A DNA stretch of 64,000 nt from Squalus acanthias. Lineage: Eukaryota. Position 1 is the first letter of the stretch; each line of letters begins with the position of its first letter. Both the position numbers and the translations under genes were made by a program. The stretch spans positions 76,200,001 through 76,264,000 of the forward strand of contig CM059432.1 in NCBI GenBank assembly GCA_030390025.1, in the 5' to 3' direction. The notes under the pieces are model-generated. The model had not been told where the DNA came from. It ran no database searches and worked only from the letters and a program-made list of their open reading frames with translations. Shown one piece after another: positions 37,501 through 50,061 of this stretch.

Positions 37501-40500
37501 AATTAAATAGCGTGCAATTCAGTTTAAATCAAAGATTGAAAGTAGCAAAAGTACAGGCATCATTTATCTATTCTCCCTTACCTGTGTGGTCCCTGCTAGC
37601 TCACTCACGAACACACTCAATCGCTTGCCTGCATTTGTTGCCCCAGAAGAAGCCACCTTGGCTGAGTTGATTGATGGTACGCCCTCTCATTACCTCCCAA
37701 CACAGATGTTTTGATTGGAATTTGGGGCAGCCAATCAGAGTACTTGCCTCACTGAATGGCAATTTTTTTAAGCTACCAGTCCTCTGCATGACCATCTGGT
37801 GCCAGACTCTGGGTGTTGATATTATCATAAGGACCAGAGGGATCCCTGTTAGGTTAGCTCAATGTATTAGCATTCATTTCAAATGAAGTGTCTTTTGAAA
37901 AAGATGCCTTTCATTTGTATCTGCCTGTACCACAAAATAATCTCCCTGCATGTGCTATGTTGCACCTGTTCATATGAAGGTGGGTAGGAGCAATCTGGGT
38001 AACTTGTCCTCTATGTCTGACCTACCTCACTGTGAGGAAGCACCTGGGGCCCACCAGGCACTTTAGAGCACCAAAGTGCTAATAGTCACTATACTGTTAA
38101 TGAATTAAAGCTTCTAAAAGCAAAACACAATGGGGCCCATGTCCTGCTGAGCAGATACAAGGCCTTACTATCAGTACAAATTAGTTAGGGTCTCTGCCCT
38201 GGCTATTTCCTGCTGGCTGGTACTAATTATATATTTAAATTTTTAATTCACCTCAGGTGGGAATTGGACATTTTAGACCAGAAATCATGTTTCCCACTGG
38301 TAGTTTAGATGAGCACAAACATTTAGACGAGGGAAGTAAATTTGGGTTGATGATTTTTTTAAAAGGAAACTGCGTGGAGGAAGCCCATGCCTGGAGTCTT
38401 GCTCTATTGTGAGGACTGCAGCCATTCATATGCAATTTAAACGCTCAAGGGAGACCACTTTTAAGAGCGGATTTGAGATTACAGCAGCAGGTATCAATTG
38501 TTACCAAGCTTCCTCAATCAAGGTAAAATGCCCACAAGAGTGAGAAACCCCATGGGGCCAATCAGAGATTGGCAATGGGCAATGGGCATTTATCACCTGG
38601 CATTAATGAATGGAAAAGTAACCACATGCATAAAAATAGGCTACAACAATTCTACGAGCAAGACCGAAAACCTTTCAGATGTACAATAGTTTTTAATCTA
38701 CATGTCTTGCATGCAATTTAGTGTAAAACTTTTTCTGCTCATAGTGTATAGATAAATAATAAAAGCTGAGTTTGAACATTTATAGAGAATAGGAACTTTA
38801 TCATTGTTAAGTCCAGTGGATGGTGCTTTCCCCCTTCAACATTTGCAATTGTATTCTACTGGAAACTGTTCTTAATATTCAGGATATGTGGACATGCACA
38901 AGTGGATATGGACCAGCTAGCCATGTTAAAAATACTAGACCTGCTTAAAAAGTAAACTTAGTATAGACAAGTTTTGTATACATTATATGTACATGTTTAT
39001 AATGAATCACTGCGCTATACTAACTAAAATAAAGAGGTGAATTTTAATCTGCAGCAGCACATGGGTTTGGGGGCTGGTGGGGAGTTAAAACCAAGGAAAT
39101 TGACAGCACGTCGGGAAGCTGGCTCCAACCCGCCAACTTCCGCATTCCAATGGAGCACGTTAGGCTGCATGCGCGCAACCCCCTTGGGAGAGGCGGGTTG
39201 TCAATTGCCATATGTTAATCGCTCAATTAGACCAAACTTCAACACACTTTTGACTTTAACGTCGGGTCCAGGGGTTTCCCAGGCTTCCTGAAACTCACCA
39301 GTGAAAGCAAGGCGAGTACACAGCGGCAATTGATGGGGCGGAATCAATTTCAGGGAAATATGCTAATAAGTACTCAGTACTCACAGCTGCTGTCTTACCT
39401 GCTAGTAGGAAAAGGTTTGTTCACAGTACTTTTGCTGAGAGGTTACTTTCTACACTTTGGAGTTTACTTTGTACACTTTGCAGGTTTGCTCTATCACATC
39501 AAGATGGATGCTGCTTATGCTGCCTTACATTTGACCTCAGATGAGGACCAAGGTGACCAGCAACATCACCAGCAACATCACCAGAAGCCTGCTAGTCACA
39601 GACAGGTGGCTGCGCACCAAAGAGGGGACCAGCAGAGAGATGCAGCTCACAGGAGGCACTACCCACGAAACAGGGTCTACAGGCAGAAGCTCAGTTTCCT
39701 TGACATGTCCGAACACCAGTGTGTCAGGAGGCTCAGGTTGTCACGTCAGGTGGAGGCAGACATCTGCAGCCTCCTAGAAGAAGACCTGCTGCCTGCTAAC
39801 CCTGGTGGCCACGCTTTACCAGTGGTTATTCAAGTCACCACCACTCTCAACTTTTTTGCCTCCAGATCCTTCCAGGGCCGGCCACAGACATATCCAGGAT
39901 CTCCCAGTCGGCCATGCACAAATGCATAAGACAGGTGACTGATGGGTTGTTTGCCAGGGCCGGCAGTTATATCAACTTTGTCTGCGATGATGCCAGTCAG
40001 AATGAGCGGGTGTTTGGCTTTGCGGCTCTGGCTGGCTTCTCACAGGTGCAGGGTGCCACCAACTGCACACAAGTGGCAATCCGGGCAACCCCAGATCACC
40101 CAGGAGTATTTGTCAAACATCAATGTGCAGCTGGTGTGCAACCACAAAAAGGCCAGTGTCAGGAGCGGAGAGAGCATCAGCACAGTGAGTATTTAAACTC
40201 ACTTTCGTGGGCTTTTTTCAGAGGTTTACCAATCTCACAGACCGGCAGCGGCGTTCCAGAGCCACGTCACAATTCAAACAGTGACGCGGACAAGAGGAAG
40301 CAGCTGATTGGGTGAGTAGGGCCAGGTGAGTATTTATACTACTCTGTAGTTTGACAGTTAAGGTTAATAGTTTATAAAGTTTAGAAGGTCCTAATTTTTG
40401 TGGTTATAGTTTCTAAGGTCTCTGTTGTGTAGCATGGAGAGCTAGTATACAAGAGCCCTTGAGTATATCATTTAATTGTAGTGTAATTTGTGGTATTGAT

Positions 40501-40533
40501 TTGAGTTAATTTAAATTAATTAAAGGGTAAGTC

Positions 40534-41470
40534 ATGGCAGCACAGCTCAGCCCCGTGGCATGCTCCTCCTGCACTATGTGGGAAATCAGGGACACTTCCT
40601 GTGTCCCTGTTGACCATGTGTGCGGGAAGTGTATCCAGCTGCAGCTACTGGCAGACCGCATTGTGGCACTGGAGCTGCGAATGGATGCATACTGGAGCAT
40701 TCGCGATGCTGAGGACATCGTGGATAGCATGTTTAGGGAGTTGGTCACAACAGCAGGTAAAGGCTGCACAGGCAGGAAGGGAATGGGTGACCACCAGGCA
40801 GAGTAGTAGGTGCAGGCAGGTAGTGCAGGGGTCCCCTGTGGACATCCCCCTCTCAAACAGATATACCACTTTGGATATTGTTGAGGGAGATGGCTTATCA
40901 GGGGAAGGCAGCAGCAGCCAACTTCCTGGCACCATGGGTGGTTCTGCTGCACAGGACGGGAGGAAAAAGAGCGGGAGAGTTATAGTGATAGGGGATTCTA
41001 TTGTAAGGGGAATAGATAGGCGTTTCTGCGGCCGCAAACGAGACTCCAGGTTGGTATGTTGCCTCCCTGGTGCAAGGGTCAAGGATGTCTCGGAGTGGCT
41101 GCAGGGCATTCTGGAGGGGGAGGGTGAACAGCCAGTTGTCGTGGTGCATATAGGTACCAACGATATAGGTAAAAAACGGGATGAGGTCCTAAAAGCTGAA
41201 TATAGGGAGTTAGGAGGTAAATTAAAAAATAGGACCTCAAAGGTAGTAATCTCAGGATTGCTACCGGTGCCACGTGCTAGTCAGAGTAGAAATAGAAGAA
41301 TATTTCAGATGAATACGTGGCTAGAGGAATGATTCAAATTCCTGGGACATTGGAACCGGTTCTGGGGGAGGTGGGACCAGTACAAACTGGACGGTTTGCA
41401 CCTGGGCAGGACCGGGACCGATGTCCTAGGGGGAGTGTTTGTTAGTGCTGTTGGGGAGGATTTAAACTAA
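40534..41470 (+). pseudogene. CR1 ORF1: zinc finger/leucine zipper plus SGNH esterase (frameshifted)
   Basis: CSSC..W..HVCGKC; GDSIVRG, LPGARV, HIGTND, DGLHL. Confidence 0.9.
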
Positions 41471-41471
41471 A

Positions 41472-44452
41472 ATGGCAGGGGGTTGGGAACCTGTGCAGGG
41501 AAACAGAGGAAAGGGAAGCAAAGATAGAAGCAAAAGACAGGAAGGAGAAAAGCAAAAGTGGAAGGCTGAGAAATCAAGGGTGTAAATCAAACAGGGCTAC
41601 AGTAAATAATAATTCTAAAAGGATGAAGAGTGTTAAAAAAACAAGCCTGAAGGCTTTGTGTCTTAATGCAAGGAGCATTCGTAATAAGGTGGATGAATTA
41701 GCTGTGCAAATAGATGTAAACGGATATGATATAATTGGGATTACGGAGACATGGCTCCAGGGTGACCAAGGCTGGGAATTCAACATCCAAGGGTATTCAA
41801 TATTCAGGAAGGACAGACAAAAAGGAAAAGGAGGTGGGGTAGCATTGCTGGTTAAAGAGGAGATTAACACAATTGTAAGGAAGGATATTAGCTCTGATGA
41901 TGTGAAATCTGTATGGGTAGAGCTGAGAAATACCAAGGGGCAGAAAACACAAGTGGGAGTTGTATACAGACCCCCAAACAGTAATGCTGAGGATGGGGAT
42001 GGCATTAAATGGGAAATTAGAGATGTGTGCAATAAGGGCACAGCAGTTATCATGGGTGACTTTAATCTACATATAGATTGGGCTAACCAAATTAGTAACA
42101 ATACTGTGGAGGAGGAATTCCTAGAGTGTATACGGGATGGTTTCCTGGACCAATATGTCGAGGAACCAACTAGAGATCAGGCCATCTTAGACTGGGTATT
42201 ATGTAATGAGAAAGGATTAATTAGCAATCTTGTTGTGTGAGGCCCCTTGGGGAGGAGCGATCATAATATGATAGAATTCTTCATTAAGATGGAGAGTGAA
42301 GTAGTTGACTCAGAGACTAGGGTCCTGAATTTAAATAAAGGAAACTATGATGGTATGAGGTGCGAGTTGGCTAGGATGGATTGGGGAGTGTTGCTTAAAG
42401 GGTTGACGGTGGATAGGCAATGGCAAACATCTAAAGATCGCATGGATGAACTACAGAATTTGTTCATCCCTGTTTGGCATAAAAATAAAAAAAAAAGGTG
42501 ACTCAACCGTGGCTAACAAGGGAAATTAGGGATAGCATAAGATCCAAGGAGAGGACATATAAATTGGCCAGAAAAAGCAGCAAACCTGAGGATTGGGAGC
42601 AGTTTAGGATTCAGCAAAGGAGGACAAAGGGATTAATTAAGAGGGGGAAAATAGAATATGAGAGTAAGCTTGCAGGGAACATAAAAACTGACTGTAAAAG
42701 CTTCTATAGATGTGTGAAGAGAAAAAGATTGGTGAAGTCAAGCGTAAGTCCCTTGCAGTCAGAATCAGGGGAATTTATAATGGGGAACAAAGAAATGGCA
42801 GACCAATTAAATACATACTTTGGTTCTGTCTTCACAAAGGAGGACACAAATAAACTCCCAGAGATGTCGGGGAATATAGGGTCTAATGAGAGGGAGGAAT
42901 TGAATGAAATCAGTATTTGTAGGGAAATGGTGTTAGGGAAATTGATGGGATTGAAGGCCGATAAATCCCCAGGGCCTGATAATCTACATCCTAGGGTACT
43001 TAAGGAAGTGGCCCTAGAAATGATAGATGCGTTGCTGGTCATCTTTCAAAATTCTATAGACTCTGGAACAGTTCCCATGGATTGGAGGGTAGCTAATGTA
43101 ACCCCACTATTTAAAAAGGTGGTAGAGAAAAAACGGGGAATTATAGACCGGTAAGCCTGACATCGGTAGTGGGGAAAATGCTAGAGTCCATTATAAAAGA
43201 TGTAATAGCAGAGCACTTGGAAAACAGTGACAGGATCGGACAAAGTCAACATGGATTTACAAAAGATAAATCATGCCTGACTAATCTACTGGAATTTTTT
43301 GAGGATGTAACTGGTAGAATAGATAAGGGAGAACCAGTGGATGTGGTGTATTTGGACTTTCAGAAGGCTTTCGATAAGGTCCCGCATAAGAGATTAGCAT
43401 GCAAAGTTAAAGCACATGGGATTGGGAGTAAGGTACTGATTTGGATATAGAACTGGTTGGCAGACAGGAAGCAAAGAGTTGGAATAAACGGATCTTTTTC
43501 CGAGTGGCAGGCAGTGACTAGTGGGGTACCACAGGGACCGGTGCTAGGACCCCAGCTATTCACAATATATATTAATGATCTAGACGAGGGAACTAGATGT
43601 AATATCTCCAAGTTTGCAGACGACACAAAGCTGGGTGGGCGTGTGTGCTGTGAGGAGGATGCAGAGAAACTCCAGTATGATTTGGACAGGTTGGGTGATT
43701 GGGCAGATGCATGGCAGATGCAGTATAATGTGGATAAATGAGAGGTTATCCACTTTGGTGGCAAAAACAGGAAGACAGATTATTATCTGAACAGCAATAG
43801 ATTGGGAAAAGGGGAAGTACAACGAGATCTGGGAGTCCTTGTGCACCAGTCGCTGAAGGTAAGCATGCAGGTGCAGCAGGCGGTTAAGAAGGCAAATGGT
43901 ATGTTGGCCTCCATAGCGAGAGGATTCGAGTACAGGAGCAAGGATGTCTTGCTGCAGTTGTACAGGGCCTTGGTGAGACCACACCTTGAGTATTGTGTGC
44001 AGTTTTGGTCGCCTTATCTGAGGAAGGATGTTCTTGCCATGGAGGGAGTGCAGCGAAGATTTACCAGACTGATACCTGGGATGGCAGGAATGACGTATGA
44101 AGAGAGATTTGGTCGATTAGGCTTATATTCGCTAGAGTTTAGAAGAATGAGAGGGGATCTCATTGAAACTTATAAAATTCTAACAGGACTAGACAGACTA
44201 GATGCAGGAAGGATGTTCCCGATGGTGGGGGAGTCCAGAACCAGAGGTCACAGTCTAAGGATAAGGGGTAAGCCATTTAGGACTGAGATGAGGAGGAATT
44301 TCTTCTCCCAGAGAGTGGTGAACCTGTGGAATTCTCTACCACAGAAGGCAGTTGAGGCCAATTCATTAAATATATTCAAGAAGGAGATAGATATATTTCT
44401 TAAGGCTAAAGGGATCAAGGGATATGGGGAGAAAGCAGCGACAGGGTACTGA
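41472..44452 (+). pseudogene. CR1 ORF2: AP endonuclease plus reverse transcriptase (a few stops and frameshifts)
   Basis: NARSIRNK, GITETWL, YRPP, MGDFN, SDH; QHGF, LDFQKAFD, GVPQG, FADD. Confidence 0.95.
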
Positions 44453-45092
44453 ATTTGGATGATCAGCCATGATCTCATTAAATGGCGGAGCAGGCTCGAG
44501 GGGCCGAATGGCCTACTCCTGCTCCTATCTTCTATGCTTCTATGTTTCAGCAGGTGTGCAAAAGATTCCTGGGCAGCTGCCATGATGCTTTTGTCCTGCA
44601 GCAGTCCAAGCTCCCTGATCTCTTCAGACCTGGAAGCAGACTTAAGGGGTGGCTGCTAGGTGACAAGGGATAGCCACTGCAAACTTGGCTGATGACACCA
44701 ATCAGAAACCCGAACACTGAAGCCTAACAGTGCTACAACGAATGCTATATGACCACCAGATGTGTGACTGAACAGGCCATCGACATACTGAAGGTGGCTT
44801 TAGGTGACTGGATAGATCTGGAGGCGCCCTTCAGTACACACCAGCCAGGCTCCCCAGAATGGCTGTGGTTTGCTGTGCTCTGCACAACACTGCACAACAG
44901 TGAGGTTTGGACCTGCAGGAGGAAGAAGGCAAAGAGCTCAAATCCTCCTTGAAGGGGGAGGAGGAAGAAGAAGAGGAGGAGAAGGAGGATGATCAGGGCG
45001 TTGCACCCCCAGCTGCTCACATTGCTGCCTGGGATGCCAGGGATGCCCTTATTAATGCACGGTTCACTTAGTTTGCAGCAGTGGACCCATGT

Positions 45093-46220
45093 CACCAGAA
45101 AATGTCCAGCTGAGTAGAGCTTGGAGAGGGCTGCGTCCTCTGACGCGGACTTGCCACAGCTGTCCCTGTCACTACCATCTGCTCTTGCTCACTTGTAAAG
45201 TGTGAGTCACCAGGTGAAAACCTGCCTACGTGATCCCACCGAAGTGTGAGTACCTGAGCTGGTGCATGGTCTGCATGAGTCCTGTGATGGTGCACCCTCA
45301 GAGGGACTCAGCTCCTCTGAGGACTCGTCGTCAGCCACGTCCACCGACTCCTGTTGCAGTCGTGAAGGCCCTGTGGGAGATAAAAGAAATGAATTAGTCC
45401 TGGCAAGGTAAGAATATGTTGCAGGTTATCATTATGAAGATGATCATATTTCACTCACTGCTGAAATCAAGTCAACATGACTGAGTGCCGTATGACATGT
45501 GGGTGGCTTTTATTTAATTGCGTCACCAGGTAGCTGGGAGCGCCCCGTCTCCCCATCTCCGACAGCCAGGGACGCCACTGATTTTCAATGTCTCCTCCTC
45601 TGCAGCTGTGTGCTGCATGATCTGCGGAGGGCCCCCTCTGGTTCGCTCCCTCTCCCTGGTGTTTTGCGCTCTCTTCTCCTGCAAGGGGGGAAAGAACAGA
45701 CCTATGAGTGAGCGTAATGGCATATGTGTCAGCCGATGGATGGAGAGCATTTGGTAAGCGTGACTATGAGGGAGAGGCATGTCATTGCATAAGGATGAGG
45801 GTGAGTGGAAGTGGTGGATGGATAGATGGGGATGTGAGGAAGTGCATAGAAAGAGAAGGATGGGTGCACCTGAAAGGTAAGTGGGTGTGAGAAGTGATGT
45901 AATGGAGTAGGCTTGAGAGGCAGAGTGAGGGGTGGGGTGATGTGCACAGCAGGATTTGGTGAATGTCCCACTGTACTCAACTTTTCTGACCTGCTTAGGT
46001 CATTAAAGCGTTTCCTGCACTGAATCCAGGAGCGTGGCACCACGCTCCTGCTGCTGACCTCCTCCGCAACCTCCAACCACGCCTTATTTGTCTCAGCAGC
46101 AGGCTTCTTCCTCTCGTTGCTAGGGAAGAGTATCTCTCTCCTACTCCTCACAGCCCCCAACAGCACATCTGGAGAGGCTTCAGTGAAACAAGGCACAGCC
46201 TTTGCCCGTCTGGACTCCAT
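45093..46220 (-). pseudogene. Harbinger G Myb/SANT gene, exon 3 truncated
   Basis: MESRRAKAVPCFTEASPDVLL..AWLEVAEEVS..SWIQCRKRFNDL; exon 2 EKRAQNTRERERTRGGPP; first donor mutated to ttgagt. Confidence 0.88.
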
Positions 46221-46814
46221 TCTGACACTTCCTGTTCTCTGACAGCCAACTCCAACACCTTCAACTTGCATGTTCGGATTGTCCCTTTAAATACCGGAGT
46301 TGAGATTGCATCATGCGGGTCCACATCATGCCTGCTGCCGCTAATTGGACAGGAAACCCGGAAGTAAAATGATAATGAGGTGGCTGAGTTAAATAGCCAC
46401 TGAGAGAAGCGCTACACATACTTCCGAGTTTCCCGCATGTAATCGGAACCCCCCGCCCCACTCCCAATGCATCGCAAACTGAAAATCAGGGCCAAAGTTT
46501 CTGTAAAATGGAACAAAATGGGAAAGGTATAAATGCCCATCCAATTCAAATGTATGTGCTTGCAAATGAAATACATGGGCTTCAGTTGTAATGGCTCCAA
46601 TGAGATTGAAAATAATGGGCTATTTTAAAAGTAAGAAGCAAAAGGATCTTGACAATGGTTAAAAACAAGTTAAGGACAAATAACAGACATCTGAGGTCTG
46701 ACCTTATGGTCCAAGTATAATAGGTAGACCATGGGAACTGGTCCTAACAAATGGTTTATAAAAAGCCCAAGGAGGATAGGTGAGTATGCTGTCATCAGAG
46801 AAGTGAAGCCAGCA

Positions 46815-46970
46815 AAAAACAAAATATTGCAGATGTTGGAAATCTGAAAAAACCCAGAAAATTCTGGAAACACTCAGCAGGTCAGGCGGCATTTGTGCTA
46901 ACATTTCAGGTCTCTCTATTTCTCTCGCCACCTGACCTGCTGAGTATTTCCAGAACTTGCTGTTTTTATT
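46815..46970. mobile_element. Degenerate inverted pair of Penelope pLTR fragments
   Basis: caaaatattgcagatgttggaaatctg...ctcagcaggtcagg followed by cctgacctgctgagtatttccag. Confidence 0.75.
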
Positions 46971-47783
46971 TACGAGAAGGCAGCAGCATGTCAGAAGATG
47001 AAGAAGACGAAATCCAGGTCCCCTGGACGTAAGTATACGTGAGCATGAGTCTATGTTGTGTAACGTAAGCGAAAGCAGGCAACGTTAGCTGATCGCTAAT
47101 CTTGAAATTGAATAAATATTGAAGATTAATCAAACTCAGTGACTCTCTCTGTTCTTGGGTTCGAACTGACTGAGAATCAGATGTTCACTGGTTTGATACT
47201 TCACAATTAAATAGCTGCGCAGCGGGTATCTTATTGATCAGATATCCTTTGAACAAATAAGTTATCTTTGCCCTTGCACATGACCAGTTAGCCACTTTGG
47301 TTTTGTTTTACCATGTAACTTCTGACAGATTCTTGATCCTAATCATTATTGGGTGCCCCCCTGCTGAAGATCTGAGTGTGTGAAAGTCAGGTGATGTTCC
47401 TCATGGTCAAATAGTCTGTCAACACTCATTACCAATGGTCGCATGTGAACCTGGATGAGGTTCCAGGAGGTGACCAGTACCTTTGGAACTGGAGCTCAGC
47501 AAGAACACAATGCCTTCCGGAGAGGAAAAGCAAAGAGGGGAGAATTGGCAAGACAAAGAAAACAAAAAATAAATACCTGACATGTCTTGCTTTTACAATA
47601 ACATTGTTATAATATTACCTCACAGCGACAAAAAACTCCGGGCTACAGCACGGTCGATATGTGACACAGAAAAGAACTTTGCTTTATCCAACTCCCAGCT
47701 CCACTTTGTTTTTATCATTTTATTTAGACAGTGAAAGCAACTTTGAAGGTGAATGTTCTCCATTAGTTAATGGCAGTTATTAA

Positions 47784-49401
47784 GGCCACGATTTTCCCAG
47801 CGGAGGCGGGTTGGAGGCGGGTTGGAGGCGGGTTGGCTGGTCAGCGGGTTCCGGTCCCACTGCCGGTTTCAGCCGCTCCGAGATAACGATTTTCATTTAA
47901 CTGGGCTTATTAAGCCCGCCGTGCGCGCTACCCGGCCCAATCAGTGGATGTGTGTGTGCTGCTTGCCTCTGCTGACGTCTTTGATTCAGGTGCTTTTAAG
48001 GGGCCCATGTAGCCTTTGGATTTCATTTCCTTTCTGATGGTCCTGATAACTGGTCTTTGGAAGATGACTGCTGCAAGAGCAAAGCTGCTCCTCGATTTGA
48101 TGATGACTCCCTCCATGCTCTTGTGGTTCTGTTCCTTTCCAATGGCCGGAGAAAGCCTCCTCAGCACACAAAGGCAGCCTGGCTGCAAATTGCCGAGGCG
48201 GTAAGCGCTAGGTCGTTGTGTTCACGCACCTGGGTGCAGTGCCGAAAAAGGCACAATGATCTGCTACGCACAGCAAAAGTGAGTATAACATCACACTTAC
48301 CTTCAATCTGCTTCCCATCCCTTCTCATTACCAGCACTCTGCATTGTCAACCTACTCCTCCACATCCCAACTTACCCTTACATCCCTTGCACCCTTAACC
48401 ATCCCTCTCTCTATGTACAGAATCACTTCACCATCCTACTATGCACCCCTCACACTCGCTCTCACTGTTATGCAATGACAACAACTAACAAGGCACAGGG
48501 AGGCACTTTCCTCTTGGCACCTCACTCCATCTTTGTCTCCCTCTAAGCATCTATGTTATGGAGTCTTTACACTCACTCCATCAATCTCACTGAAACTCCA
48601 CTTGTGTCCCCCATTGCAGGAAAAGAGAGCCCACAATAAGAGGGAGAGGGACAGGACAGGAGGAGGCCCACCTTCGATGGCACATTTAACAAACGCTGAG
48701 GAGGCTGCTCGCGACATCATCAGAGGTGCAGAGGAGCTGGAAGTGGGGGATGGAGAGACAGGCGCAGTAGAGCAAGCTGGTGACACAATAGATTTGCAAC
48801 CCTCTCATTTAGATTTCATGAGTGGCTGAGATGGCATATGATGTTCATAGAGATTGAGTTCTGATCATCTGCACAATAGGATGTGTCTGCTACCTAAATA
48901 TCACATATCTAACTCATGCCTTTACTCCCCCACAGGACCATCGAGAGACCCCTCCCCAATGTCCAGGGGGAAGAGCTGTATGACTCCTCAGAGGAACCTG
49001 CAGCCTCTGAGGGAGTAGCGTCACCAGAAATCAGCGCAGTCAGCACCAGTGCAGAAACGCACACCTCGGTGGGTCATTCACGACAGAGTAGTGTTGTCAC
49101 CTGGTGTATCACAGCTCACAAGTGGTATCAGCAGATGGTGGAGACAGCGACAGCAGTGGAGAGTCCTCATCGGAGGCCGCAGGACGCTCCCAGCTCTGCT
49201 CAGCTGCATGTAGACGCTGTGCCTCTGGGGCCATCCAGAAAGAGAGCGGTGCTGGAACTGATAGGACTCGCAGACCTGACACTTTGCAAAGTTGCGTGGA
49301 GGCGGGATGGCAGCGGGTTTGCAACCCGCCATCAATCATTTGGATTTTAACTCCCGACCCGCCTCCAAACCCATCCTCTGAGCTCTGGCAAAATCGCGGC
49401 C
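47784..49401. mobile_element. Non-autonomous Harbinger H carrying only the Myb gene (+)
   Basis: TIR ggccacgatttt / aaaatcgcggcc; TSD TAA; exons about 48064-48278, 48620-48779 and 48936 to about 49280; RTWVQCRKRHNDL. Confidence 0.92.
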
Positions 49402-49657
49402 TAAGTGTTTCAGAGAAGACGTTTCAAATTTATTATTGAACAGATAAAAAAATTAAAGATGAGGCAGTATTGGAGAAAGTTTCTGTGTAAAGTTGTTTGG
49501 AGCTCAATACTTTCCTAAAATACAGACCTAAGAATTACAAAATGCAGGATTTGTACATTGGATAGCAAAATTATAGGACTGGAATTTCACAATTGTTTGG
49601 GGGCAAAAGTGGGGTAATTCCAGCATAGGGGGTTATAATATGTGGCAAAGCGGCACA

Positions 49658-50060
49658 TGTCAGCCTTGGCTCAGTGGTAGCACTCTTGCATTTGACTCAA
49701 AAGGTTGTGGGTTCACATCCTACTCCAGAGACTTGAGCACATAATTTAGGCTGGCACTTCAGTGCAGTACTAAGGGATTGCTGCACTGTCAGAGGTGTCT
49801 TTCGGATGAGATGTTAAACCGAGGCCTTGTTTTCCCTTTCAGGTAGACATAAAAGGTCCCATGACACTATTTGAAGGCGGCCAATATTTATCCCTCAACC
49901 AACATCACTAAAACATATTATCTGGTCATTATCTCATTGTTGTTTGTGGACCTTGCTATGTATAAATTAACTGTTGCGTTTCCCTACATTACAACAGTGA
50001 CTAGACTTCAAAACTACTTTATTGGTAGTAAAGCGCTTTGGGACATCCTGAGATCATGAA
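49658..50060 (+). mobile_element. tRNA-headed Deu-domain SINE (SacSINE1/AmnSINE1-like); tail displaced to about 52937-52959
   Basis: A box tggctcagtggtag, B box ggttcacatcc; collinear with 55457-55929. Confidence 0.85.
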
Positions 50061-50061
50061 T

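Larger units (their letters stand above)
40152..44544 (+). mobile_element. Near full-length CR1 LINE (about 4.4 kb)
   Basis: 5' UTR; ORF1 40534-41470; ORF2 about 41470-44452; TTCTATG(C/T) tail. Confidence 0.95.
39504..45071 (+). pseudogene. Harbinger transposase split by CR1 (halves 39504-40151 and 44545-45071)
   Basis: RVYRQKLSFLDMSEHQCVRRLRLSR..LNFFASRSFQ..NVQLVCNHKK | QVCKRFLGSCHDAFVL..WLLGDKG. Confidence 0.9.
39034..46493. mobile_element. Harbinger G (transposase +, Myb -) hosting a near full-length CR1
   Basis: Termini gaggtgaatttt / gaaaatcagggcc, flanked by AAA on both sides; convergent genes. Confidence 0.85.

Noticed and set aside
46988..47028. Possible first coding exon MSEDEEDEIQVPW|gtaagt
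   Set aside because: Lies in an LTR-like segment beside a Penelope fragment, and no downstream plus-strand exons were found.
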